Positions 1 to 11,435 of a stretch of DNA of 64,000 nt are shown piece after piece (position 1 is the first letter of the stretch; every line of letters starts with the position of its first letter). A program made the position numbers and the translations under genes. The notes beneath the pieces are model-generated. The model had not been told where the DNA came from. It was given only the letters and a program-made list of their open reading frames with translations, and made no database searches. This stretch comes from Octopus vulgaris (Eukaryota): positions 15,500,001 to 15,564,000 of the forward strand of contig OX597822.1 in NCBI GenBank assembly GCA_951406725.2. The letters are read 5' to 3'.

Positions 1-256
1 GTCGTATATATGTACATATGTATATATGTATATGTATGTGTATGTGTGTGTTTATGTGTTTGTTCCCCGCCCCATAAAAAATTGCTTGACAACCGATGGT
101 GGTGTGTTTACGTCCCCGTAACTTAGCGGTTCGGCAAAAGAGATCGATAGAATAATTATTAGGCTTACAGAGAATAAGTACTGGGGTCGATTTGCTCGAC
201 TAAAGGCGGTGCTCTAGCATGGCCGCAGTCAAATGACTGAAACAAGTAAAAGAGAG
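1..256 (+). mobile_element. 3' half of SINE family 1 (tRNA-derived SINE with internal microsatellite)
   Basis: Matches the 3' half of the full copy at 22089-22498 (gtttacgtccccgtaacttagcggttcgg...gcatggccgcagtcaaatgactgaaacaagtaaaagag). Confidence 0.85.
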
Positions 257-2639
257 TATTGTCTGAACAAACGGTCCAACAAGCATTGATGCCCAACTTA
301 TCTTTTCAAAATTCGTGAACATATAATCCGATGTATTTTTTAAAAATATTTTTAAAGCGGTATGGTATGGTTTCAGATATAATTCTTCAGATCGACTAAT
401 CTCATAACGATTCTTTCTTCTTGCCACTGTATTTTACCGCATTTATTTTCTAGATTTACTTTGCTAATATGCAGCTGAGCTTACAAAGTAGCATTTTGAA
501 TATTTTAATGTCGTGTAGCTTATGAAACCAACGCAGCACTAACAACAAAATTTGCACTGTTGATCTCTCAGTTCAGTACTTCTTTCCTTATGCGGCATCT
601 CCAGTCACAACCTAATTTGGCAGGCCCATAGAACAGAGGTTGTTGGTCCAAAATTTAACTTTTCTCCATATAAACAAATTCTTCACATGCATGCTCCCAC
701 TTGCACTAAAACAAACATTCTCGGAACTTTCATTCAGCATGAGTGTGCTGATATTGTCTCTATTCCGCATGTCTTCTTGTTTTGGCGAATATGGGAAAGG
801 TTGACTCGCACAATGGATGACAATTGCCGTTCTGATTTGCCCAGTACCATACAGATTCGATTGCACGTCGTCACACTGTTGAGATAGTCATATAAAGATA
901 TTTATCAGATATAAATATCATTCACTTGATATCCATTTAGTCTATGAAACGAGTCGCTGCAAAACTTCGTACAGCTCGTCAATTTCTAGTATATTAAACA
1001 CATCAGGAAATTATCACTTTTTTGCTATCTTCTTTATTGACAGGTAATTAGAATGGAAGAATTCGGTTATTGTGTCTTAGGATATGCTGCAATACATGTT
1101 GTTGGATAAGAACCGTACACTTATTCGCTAAGAAGCTCGCACTTTATCATGTTAGCTACTTCTATACTTCCTCTCCAAATAGGTTTTTAATATTAAAGCA
1201 GAAAGCACGTAATAACGGCTCTTGTTTAAAACAGAGTGGCTCTACTCTGTATAATTTCGATTTTATCAATAAAATAAAACTTTTGACAACTTTCTACGGA
1301 ATTTAATGCTTAAACATATGTATTTCTGTTGGTGACTTAATAGAAACTGAGAAAATACTACTTTCGTTACTCTTGATTTCTAAACGTCTGACACGAATAA
1401 AACATAAGTATATGAAAATAAATTGCATATCACATGTCTATGCATGTGAGTTATAGAAAAGTCTATGGAAAAGTGAGTGTCCATATGATTATTCAATAGA
1501 CGAATTGATTGCTCTGGAAAACACACGGTATTTATATTTTCATACTAAAATGTTATTTTGAGAAGCCCTCTCTTGGTAACAATTAATGCTAATGCAGAAT
1601 AAAATATTTTAGTTTGTAAACACAGTCAACGATGAAATATCATATCCATGTTTATATATTATTATGTATTGTGTGTGTGAATTTTATTCTGTTGTTGCTC
1701 TTCTTGTTTAGCAAAAGGTCTGCATCGATTGCGAAGATCAACGATCGAAAAGCATTCCACAAGGAGAATTTACTCGATATTTCTGGCGGATCTAATCACA
1801 GAATTGAAGCTGCCTTTTGTACATGGGGAAACGTGCGTCATGTTGTTGGCGATATAACTTGTTTGTGGAATTCATTTGGTTCGGTTTTGGTTGCTCCTCG
1901 TAGGTCTGAGGAGTTGGTCCTATCAATTATTCAAAAACAAATAGTTAGTGTGCACTCGACCAATATGCCATGAGTTTGCTACACGGAATTCAGATACAAA
2001 TGGGTGAATACATTACATACGATCAACTTAAACCACGTCATTCGCCTTTATCCTATAAGAAACAATGGTTATTGAGTGTTTAATGACCAATGTATAGGGT
2101 GAACAGTGTTTGTGGCCTTTGTAAGGTCTGCTCGGCGGAGTTGCTGTTGCGATTAATGGTCTTGTTGAACCAGAAGATATTCCAGTGGGGTATTGTTCGG
2201 TTAAGTGAGGATGGTGTTTGAGGCAAATGTAGTCTGGGGTGTTAAACACAAGGAGTTTCATGAAGGGAGATGAGTGATTCGGGAAGTTCTTAGTGGAACT
2301 GCAAAAACGGCAGCTAGCATTGTAGATCGAAAATGGCACAGAGAGAGGTTACTGCGTGCCAATAGACTAGAGACTGGATCACGTCTTTGAATAAATACAG
2401 GAATGCTGCAATCAGATGTATCGCTTAATTTCATTGGTAAAATGAATAAGGATGTCAGCATAAGGTGCGTACAACGATAAATGAATGTATGCTTTCTGAA
2501 GAAGAAGTCGGGTAAAACCAAATACATATGTTATTTGCCATATACCATAATATGATACCTCGGAAACAAACAGATGAATATATATCTCAAAGTTATTGGT
2601 ATCCAGAAGACCCAAAGAGTAGCAGATAACGGTAAGCAA

Positions 2640-2900
2640 GTGCTATGGACAGACCATAGTTAAACTCTTGGTTCGTTAATGATAAGAGTGAGGAGTCTAA
2701 TGTGGGTCTTCTGTTAGCGTGCATATATATGTTATATACAATGAGATAACAAATCCAAGTCCATTAGGAGTTTTGAGAACATTTATCATGAAATAGTCTT
2801 ACAGCTGTTTCTGGGATATTATGGATATCCCTTCATCAGAGACAGTGTGAGAAAATATTTGAGTTCGAATTATTCTGGAAGAGAAGGAGATAGGAAATCC
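2640..2900 (-). mobile_element. Hammerhead-containing terminal segment of Penelope-like family A
   Basis: Reverse complement is homologous to 9225-9800 and 34915-35100 (ataaatgtyctgaaaactcct, gacccacattaga, gaaccaa.agtttaact) and carries a hammerhead core. Confidence 0.7.
2796..2843 (-). ncRNA. Minimal type I hammerhead ribozyme motif, canonical core
   Basis: Minus strand reads gtct-CTGATGA-a-gggatat-ccata-atatccc-a-GAAA-cagctg-TA-agac: stem I gtct/agac, 7-bp stem II, palindromic helix III (cagctg), GUA cleavage triplet. Confidence 0.8.
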
Positions 2901-3079
2901 TAATCATCATCATCATCATCACCATCATCGTTTAGCGCCCGTTCTCCATGCTAGCATGGGTTGGACGGTTCGACCGGGGATCTGGGAAGCCAGAAGGCTG
3001 CCCCAGTCTCCAGTCTGATATGGCAGTGTTTCTACAGCTGGTTTCCCTTCCTAACGCCAACCACTTCAGAAGTGTAGTG

Positions 3080-3300
3080 GGTGCTTTTTACGTGCCACCG
3101 GCAAAGGTGCCAGACGAGGCTGGCAACGGCCACGATCGGATTGGTGCTTTTTACGTGCCACCGACACGGAAGCCAGTCAAGGCGGCGCTGGCATCGGCCA
3201 CGTTCGGATGGTGCTTTTTACGTGCCACCGGCACGGAAGCCAGTCAAGGCGGCGCTAGCATCGGCCACGTTAGGATGGTGCTTTTTACGTGCCACTGGCA
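3080..3300. repeat. 63-67 bp tandem repeat in the RTE 3' UTR
   Basis: ggtgctttttacgtgccac starts at 3080, 3143, 3210 and 3277, with a degenerate copy near 3384. Confidence 0.9.
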
Positions 3301-4288
3301 CAGGGATCACAACTGCAGTTTCCATTGAATTTTGATATTGGTGTACTTGACTCAATGGATCTCCTCAAGCACAGGGTCGAAACGGTGTTTCTTTACTTGC
3401 CACCTGCACAGGAGTCAGTCCAGCGGCCCAGGCAATTTCCGAGTGCCAGTCATAGGATTGGTTCAATTTCGATTCCGATTTCACTTGCCCCAACAGGTCT
3501 TCACAAGCAGAGTTTAGTGTCCAATGAAGGTAGGTTTGCATGGGTGCCAGTCGTCGGATGAAGTACGATTTCGACTTCGCTTGCCTCAACAGGTCTTCGC
3601 GTGTCCAAGAAAGGAAAGGCATGCATAAGTGGGATGGCTACATCCCTGGCAAGGGGCACGGGATGGACTCATTTGTCCTGCCAGGTCTTCTCACAGCATA
3701 TTTCCAAAGGTCTCGGTCACTAGACATTGCCTCGGTGAGTTCGAAGGTCGTGCTTCACCACCTCGTCCCAGGTTTTCCTGGGTCTACCTCTTCCACGGGT
3801 TCCCTCAACTGCTAGGGATTGGCACGTTTTCACACACCTATCCTCATCCATTCTCACTACATTACCATACCAGCACAATCGTCTCACTTGCACACCACAG
3901 CTGATGCTTCTTAGCTCCAACTTTCTCTCAAGTACTTACACTCTGTCGAGTATGTACAGTGACATTACACATCCATCGAAGCATGCTGGCTTCATTCCTC
4001 GTGAGCTTACGCATGTCCTCAGCAGTCACGGCCCATGTTTCACTACCATAAGGCATGGCTGTTCGTACACATGCGTCATACAGTCTGCCTTTTATTCTAA
4101 GCGAGAGGCCTTTAGTCACCAGCAGAGGTAAGAGCTCCCTGAACTTTGCCCAGGCTATTCTTACTCTAGCAGTTACACTTTCAGCACACCCACCCCCGCT
4201 ACTGACTTGGTCACCTAGGTAACGGAAGCTATCAACTACTTCTAGCTTTTCCCCCTGGAAAGTGACGGAAGTTGTTTTCTGCAGATTT

Positions 4289-5498
4289 TCAGTGTTTATT
4301 GCTCCTGAGCATCTGCCACATACAAAAACTATCTTCCTTTGTTAGCCTTCCTTTGATATTGCTGCACCTCTTACGTGTCCATAGCTTATACTGGATACAT
4401 CTTATAGAGTTTCTACCTACGCCTTTTCTACAGATCGAGCAGGGCCATCTACCTGAAGGCGTTTGTGGTTTGTCTACCTTCCTACTTATTAGGACTTTTG
4501 TTTTAGCTAGGTTGACTCTAAGGCCCTTCGATTCTAATCCTTGCTTCCACACCTGAAACTTCTCCTCCAGTTCTGATAGTGACTCAGCAATTAGAGCAAT
4601 GTCGTCAGCATAGAGGAGATCCCAGGGGCATCCTGTCTTGAATTCCTCCGTAATTGTCTGGAGTACTATGATAAATAGGAGGGGGCTGAGGACTGAAACT
4701 TGGTGGACCTCAACCTCAAGCTTGAATTCTTCAGTGTACACATTGCCAACCCTTACCTTACTTACAGCGTCCCTGTACATCGCTTGCACAGCTCTCACTA
4801 ACCATTCATCTATCGCTAGTTTTCTCATTGACCACCAGATGAGGGATCGGGTGACCCTGTCGAAGGCTTTCTTCATGTCAACGAAAGCCAGGTACAGGGG
4901 CTTATCTTTTTGTTAGGTATTTCTCCTGCAGCTGTCTCACCAGAAATATGGCATCTGTGATGCTTTTCCCTGACACGAAACCAAACTTCATCTCGTCCAA
5001 GTTGACTCTCTTCCTAATCAGTTGGGCTATGACCCTCTCTGTAACCTTCATTACCTGATCCAACAGCTTGATGCCTCTGTAATTATTTGTATCTAGGGCG
5101 TCACCTTTACCTTTGTAGCAGTTGACTATTATGCTGCTACACAAGTCATTGGGTATGGCTCCTTCGTGTATCACCTGGTTAACTATACGGGTGACTAGGC
5201 TATAGCAGACACTGCCAGATATTTTGAGCATCTCTGCAGTAATTCCTGATGGGCCTGGGGCTTTCCCTGTCTTCATGCTTCTAATTGCCTTTACTACCAA
5301 AGAACTGTCAACTCGGATAGCTGATCCCTCTGTTGGGTCGACATTCGGCAGACTCTCTTTATCCCATTCATTTTCTTTATTCAGCAACCTTTCATAGCGG
5401 CGTCTCCAAACCTCTCTCTTTGCATCCTCATTTAGCGCAAGTGAACCATCATCCATGCGAACACATTTCTCTCCTACCACATCACGATTCTCTCTCAC
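4289..5498 (-). pseudogene. RTE reverse transcriptase domain (frameshifted)
   Basis: ORFs 4902-5498 and 4289-4876 carry successive RT motifs, including LLYADDIAL. Confidence 0.9.
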
Positions 5499-5538
5499 AC
5501 ACTGTCTTGCAACACGAAATACCTGAAGTCGTTTGTCC

Positions 5539-6444
5539 TCACGGCGCAGAACATTGGCAAATTTTTTTCTTATCTGCTTCCCCTCTGGCTAAATAGACTT
5601 GTCTCCTAGCTTCCCTTCTGGCAGTCTGATACAGTTCCCTGATACCCCCGTTCTTCCAGTCCTTCCAAGCCTGTTTCTTTTGTTTAATAGCCCTGTCAAC
5701 CACATTGTTCCACCACCACGTTACCTTGGGTCGAGTGGGGACTTTGCACCAGCCACAGATCTGGTCAGTGTCTCTCAGAAAGTTGTCCCGTAGAAACCTC
5801 CAGTTGTCTTCCACATTATGTGATGCTATATATCCTTCTATTTCATGAAAGGCTTCGAGTAATACGTTTCTAAATATCTGCCCATTTGCAGGATCTTTAA
5901 GTTTCCAGACCCTTCTCCTCCAGGCTGGTCTTCTTCTGGGCATCCATTCAACCCTGATCCTGAAGTCGCTAACTACTAATCTATGTTGAGCGGTACATTC
6001 TTCGCCTGGGAAGGTTTTGGCATTTATAAGCAGCGCTCTTTCCCTTTTTCTGGCGAGGATATAGTCAATTTGGCTAGTATGTCTGCCAGAACGATAGGTG
6101 ACTAGGTGACGGGCGGGTTTCCTGAAGTTGGTATTGCAAACAATAAGATCATTTGCATCGCAGAACTCACTCCAGTAGTCTTCCTCATTGCGGGAACCAA
6201 AACCATAGCCTCCATGTATGCCATGGAAGCCCCCTGCACGTTGTCCAACATGTCCATTGAAATCACCAGCCACAAAAAGAAGGTCTCTGTCGTTCGTCAA
6301 CGAGTTAGTCTGCAATAGAGTGTCATAGAATCGGTCTTTCTTCCCCTCCGGTAGCCCCGGTTGAGGGGCATAGGCCGAGATAATGGTAACTGAGCTATGG
6401 TGAAGCACTAATCTAATCTTAAGTACTCTGTCACATACTCTGAC
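5539..6444 (-). pseudogene. RTE apurinic-type endonuclease and linker (5'-truncated)
   Basis: TIISAYAPQ, VAGDFNGHVG, SQIDYILAR and QHRLVVSD motifs. Confidence 0.9.
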
Positions 6445-7420
6445 TAGAGAATGAAGGTAGAAATAAGATATATAAAGATATTGTAGTTGCAGTTCCACTT
6501 GTCAAGGGAAATGGTGTAAAGAAGTTGTAAAAAGTTCCCTCTACATGTTCCAATAGCAGTTCATTCTTAGTCATTTCAAAGTATGGAGGTGTAGAATCAG
6601 TGTTGCTTGTTCGAAAGGGTTTTGTGGTGTGAATGAAAATTTGAGAATGTATTGGCAGTATTTGTGAATGGATGGAGGGAGGAGAGATATGTAGGATTAG
6701 AAAGAGATGAGGAAGAGAAAATGAGAGGACGAAAGAGAAGAAAGAGATAAAAGGAAAAAAGGACAGAAAAAAGTGAAAAGAGTGAAAAAAGAGGTGAGAA
6801 AGGAGGGTGGTCAAGATGTGCTGGGAGGAACGGAAAGGTGTGGTGGAGGGATAGGAGAGATGAGAGAGTAAGGTGTAAAAGAATGTTAGATATGTGAGTG
6901 AGGGTGATATGACAGATTTGTATTAAGGGATGAGTAAAGAAAAAGTAATGAAAAGGTATGGGTGGCGTGATACTACATATGAGAAACACTAAACTTTACA
7001 ACACTCGCCAGTCATATACGTCATCTCAAAAATTAGAAATATTCCCTACATTTTGTCATGGTCCATAATAGATTCAGGGCTTCGAAGGTCAACTCTTAGC
7101 CTGTAAGTTATGTTTTAAAGAGGCATTCTACATTAAAATACAACTCCTCGACACTATTAAATAAATCTAATGAGGCCCTAAGTACTTGCAACCACCTCTT
7201 TTTTCATACCTTCAAATTACAACACAAATCAAAATGCAACCTAATTAAGCTCACATTATATCTCTACAACTCCCCTAAGGTAATCCCTAACATCCCTACT
7301 TATCTCCATTTTAATTTTTACTCTTTAATTAACACCTCTATCTTTCTTTAAGGATCTCAGTTACTTAACATTGCATATATGAACATACAAGCGGATACAT
7401 ATGTGTGTGTCTAAATGTGT
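6445..7420 (-). mobile_element. Upstream part of family A element, separated from its terminal segment by the RTE insertion
   Basis: Reverse complement aligns by eye to 8250-9230 (ttctcaaattttcattcacaccacaa, atctattatggaccatgacaaaa, catgtatccgcttgtatg). Confidence 0.75.
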
Positions 7421-9304
7421 CTACAGGTATTTTATATACGTATGTATTTGTGCATATACATACATGCATATATATATATATAAGTGCATATATATATACA
7501 ATTAAATATGTATGTGTATACGTGTATATACACGTATGCGTAAGTACCTCTATGCGCGCATATATGCGGGTATGCATGTGTATGTATAGGAGTATGTACA
7601 AGTCTATATATATGCGTATGCTTGCATACATATTCGCATATATATATGTATATATATATATATATATATGCATGAATGTATGTATATATATATGTATGTA
7701 TGTAAACAGAGCTGCATTAAGGGATGGGTAGAAAAAAGGTATGGGTGGGGTGTTACCAAAGTGAGTAGTAATTTTAACAATGAATTTTAAAGGATGTCAA
7801 ATTTCTATAAATAGACGTATGGGATTGTATAGTTTAATGTGATAGTTAGGAATCAGAGAGGAGGAAAGACGGTATAATTACACGTGCGCACGCACATACG
7901 TACAAATACATGTGCGCATATGCATTCATACGTACACACACACACACACAAACACACGTGTATATACCTATATATATATGCACACGCAAATATATATATA
8001 TATATATATATATACATGCATCCTCACGTGCATCTGTAAATGCATTCATACACGCATAATCGTGCTCATATATACACACATACATGCACATGCACAAACA
8101 TACGTGCAGGCGCACATGCGATTTGCCAGTCACTCGCACGCGCGCATACAAATACATACGTATACATATATACACATACACACACATATATATATATATA
8201 CATACATATACCCACATACATATACATACAGAAACATACATGCACACACATTTACACATACACATGTATCCGCTTGTATGTCCATATTTGTATTATAAAA
8301 TGATTGAGATCCTTAATATAAGATAAGGGAGTTAAAAGATTAAAGATTAACAATTAAAATGGAGACAAAATAAAGTCCAGTAGGGTTGTTGGGGATTACC
8401 TAAGGGGTGTTGTGTGATTATGTTACATTTAGATTGATGGTAAAGTTTAAAGGTATGAAAAACAATGGTTGCATGTACTTAGGGCCTCATATTTATTCAA
8501 TAGTGTCGAGTTGTGTTTTAATACGTGGAATGCCTCTTTAAGGCATAACTTACACGCTAAGCTTTGACCTTGTTATGGAAGCCCCGAATCTATTATGGAC
8601 CATGACAAAATATAGGGAATATTTCTGCTTTTGAGATGATGTATGTGACTGGCAAGTGTTGTGGATTTACTGTTTGAGGTGAGCGCCATATGGCTGTTTA
8701 AAATTTATGGTTGAACCTATATAAATAGCTGTAGAATAGTGTAATATGTTGAAGACGGTGCATTTATAAATTACATTGGATCTTCTATAATGGGTTTGTA
8801 GAGGGCAGATGGACCCAGGACGACAGTTAAAATGGGTGTATTTTGGGAAATATTTTCAGGAATGGAGGAGAAAATACTCATTTTGTCACTACTTTCACTA
8901 TTTCTTCACTTTTTCTCTCTTTCTGTCTGTCTTTCTTCCTCTCATTTTACCTTCCTGTTTTTATTTTGACCTACTTCATTTCCCTTCTAAACAGCTCCCC
9001 CCCCCGTCTAACCACAAATACTACCTATAAATTCTCAAATTTTCATTCACACCACAAGACACATTCGAATGAGCAACACAGAATCCACGGCCCCATAATT
9101 TGAAATGATTAAACATGAACTACTTTTGGAATTTACATACCATGTACAGGAAACTGTTTTACCACTCCTTCGAATAATGGAGCTGCAATATCTTTATATA
9201 TTTTATACTTTTATTTCTACTTTATTCTTCTATTTCTCCTTCTTTTCCATCATAATTTCTTATTTCGAACACAAATATTTACCTATATTTAACCATCTCA
9301 CATC

Positions 9305-9352
9305 GTCTCTGTTGAAGGGATATCCATGATATCCCAGAAATAGCTGTAACAC
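9305..9352 (+). ncRNA. Degenerate hammerhead motif (family A)
   Basis: gtct-CTGTTGA-a-gggatat-ccatg-atatccc-a-GAAA-tagctg-TA-acac; core A6 is mutated and stem I has a mismatch. Confidence 0.65.
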
Positions 9353-9364
9353 AATATCTATATC

Positions 9365-9633
9365 AATTGCAGCGTAGAAGGTGTTTATAAGTCATTTAAG
9401 AATCACACAAAAACCGTTAGATTCACTTCAACATGCTCGGAATTTTGTCAGTGATCAGGTCGAGGTCTCAAAGCAACGAAAATATTTTGACAAATTAAAT
9501 TTAAATGTTGAAGTGAATCTAACGGTTTTTGTGTGTTTCTTAAATGGCTTATAAACACCTTCCACACTGTAATTGTTTTCGATCCAGCACACGATCTAAG
9601 ATCAGGTCACTTGCTATGCAAGTACATCTCCGT
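9365..9633. mobile_element. Family B partly palindromic element flanked by a 12-bp direct repeat
   Basis: Homologous to 35162-35443; aatatctatatc occurs at both 9353-9364 and 9634-9645. Confidence 0.8.
9441..9496 (+). ncRNA. Hammerhead-like motif with G3:C8 core (GTGATCA), degraded stem II
   Basis: tttgtca-GTGATCA-g-gtcga-ggtctcaaa-gcaac-GAAA-atat-TT-tgacaaa. Confidence 0.5.
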
Positions 9634-9801
9634 AATATCTATATCTTTTTCATAATAAATGTATAAATGTCCTGAAAACTCCTCACACCCTTATTTTTAT
9701 TACTTCATTTTGTCTAATCTTTATAAGCATGCTAATACAAGACCCACATTAGATTCATCACTCGTATCCCTATCGAACCAATAGTTTAACTGCCGTCCGC
9801 C

Positions 9802-9890
<89 letters not shown>

Positions 9891-9894
9891 TGTA

Positions 9895-10050
9895 TACAAT
9901 GTGTTTCATTCTGTTTCTGTCTACCAAATCCATTCAGAAGACTTTGATAGCCCAAGACTATAATACAAGAAAATTGCCTAAGATGCCAGCGAATGGGAAC
10001 TGAACAACAGTCTGGTTGGGAAGCAAACTTCTTACCACACAGCAACGCCT
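9895..10050 (-). mobile_element. 5' half of SINE family 1, degenerate
   Basis: ctaccaaatcc...gggaactgaac...cttaccacacagc matches the family 1 head. Confidence 0.7.
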
Positions 10051-10748
10051 GTCTGAAATCTTTCCAAAAACATTCTGCTTTCTTTCCAGAAGTCTTCTCA
10101 GTATTATGAAAGTACACACCGAGACAATATGCATTATATGATTCAGCTTATTTCGTCTTTATTCTATGATTTCACTAAAGAAGATTTCAAGTTTAACTCC
10201 TCTTCCGTCGGTTAAGAACGTATGAATAATATATCAAAGTCATTTGAGCGGGTTTTACAATTTCTGTAGCAATTGAATTTCACCTCAAAAGAAATCGATA
10301 TAAGCTATCGGGATAAAAAGGATCCCTCAATTTATTTTATCATCGTTTACACATGGTTCCACTTCGAATAAGTTTAGTTGCATAATTTCAAACAAATATT
10401 GATTAGTAAATCAATATTACTATTCATATTAGGAGAGATAAATGCCCTCATCTCGTTTAAACTTTCAAATTTCGGAATTTTTAAGAATATTTATGAATTT
10501 TCAAACTATCATATCTTTGAATATTTAGTCAGAACACAGGCATTATTTTCAGAAGAAAATTATGAAATAAAGTGCCATAAAGTCAGTAACCGACGATGCG
10601 TGTTCATCAATTTCATTAGTTATTTTAGAGACGGTGTGAGTTGTAATTTACATAGATAACCAAGAAGGTTTTCAAATCACATACGTACACAGAAACAATT
10701 TAACACCATTACTGTTAGGATTTCACTTATCTTTTGAATGATAAGCCA

Positions 10749-10812
<64 letters not shown>

Positions 10813-11254
10813 TGGCTGTAGCTCAGAAAAAAATCATGTAACCAGTGTCATAGACGAAGGATTTGTAATAGTCATCGCTGAATTATAGCACATACATACA
10901 TATATATATATATGAGTGCATACATGGATACGTAACCTAATAAACACTAACAGACACATTATACGCACGCATGTGTGTGTGTGTGTGTATGTGTATGGGG
11001 AAGGAGAGTATATGTATATATCTATATATGTAAGCACGCTGACAGTAGTAAGCAATTTTTCTCAGTGCGGAAGATGAAAAAGGAATGGTGGATATCAAAA
11101 TTAAAATATCACAATATCATTTATATGTGAAGTAAAATAATACTGGTATCAAATTTTTGCCCAATGCCAGCAATCGTTAGGGCGGTTTTAAGGCCATTAT
11201 ATCTCCAAATCCTATTTACTTAATGTGTCTTAACCCATTCTCCGATGGTTTAAA

Positions 11255-11435
11255 CTTTTGGCACAAGATCAGCAATTTGGTCGTTTCCATCGACCCCAGT
11301 GCATTACTGGTAGATATTTTTGATAAGAAGATGAAAAGCAGAGTCAACCTCGGCGGAATTTGAACCCAGAATGTAAAGATGTATAAAATGCTTTTTGCCC
11401 TGCCTGCTAACGATTTTTCCAGCTCATCACCTTAC
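11255..11435 (-). mobile_element. SINE family 2, degenerate
   Basis: catcgaccccagtg...aacctcggcggaatttgaac...gctaacgatttt.ccagctc is the reverse complement of the family 2 copy at 52049. Confidence 0.7.

Larger units (their letters stand above)
2903..6444 (-). mobile_element. RTE-clade non-LTR retrotransposon, 5'-truncated and frameshifted
   Basis: Consecutive minus-strand ORF pieces: APE endonuclease (SAYAPQ, GDFNGHVG, SQIDYIL, HRLV), RT (KAPGPSG, NYRGIKLL, KAFD, LSPLLF, YADD) and RTE C-terminus (YGSETW, RGRGRPRKTW); (GAT)n tail at ~2903-2930. Confidence 0.95.
8250..9805 (+). mobile_element. Second copy of family A element, inverted relative to 2640-7420
   Basis: Colinear homology to the minus-strand copy; ends in a mutated hammerhead and the shared downstream motif. 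Confidence 0.75.

Noticed and set aside
612-887. Overlapping short ORFs in non-repetitive sequence
   Set aside because: No recognisable motif or convincing splice signals.
1632-2527. ORFs downstream of the family A hammerhead as a possible Penelope N-terminus
   Set aside because: No RT or other motif recognised; frames are short and interrupted.
3080-3300. Regularly spaced 19-bp repeats resembling a CRISPR array
   Set aside because: The intervening sequences are near-copies of each other, the array lies in a LINE 3' UTR in eukaryotic DNA, and no cas genes are present.
7365-8326. Many ORFs rich in Y/I/H/T/C/V/M, here and throughout the window
   Set aside because: They are translations of (TA)n, (CA)n and (TATG)n microsatellites.
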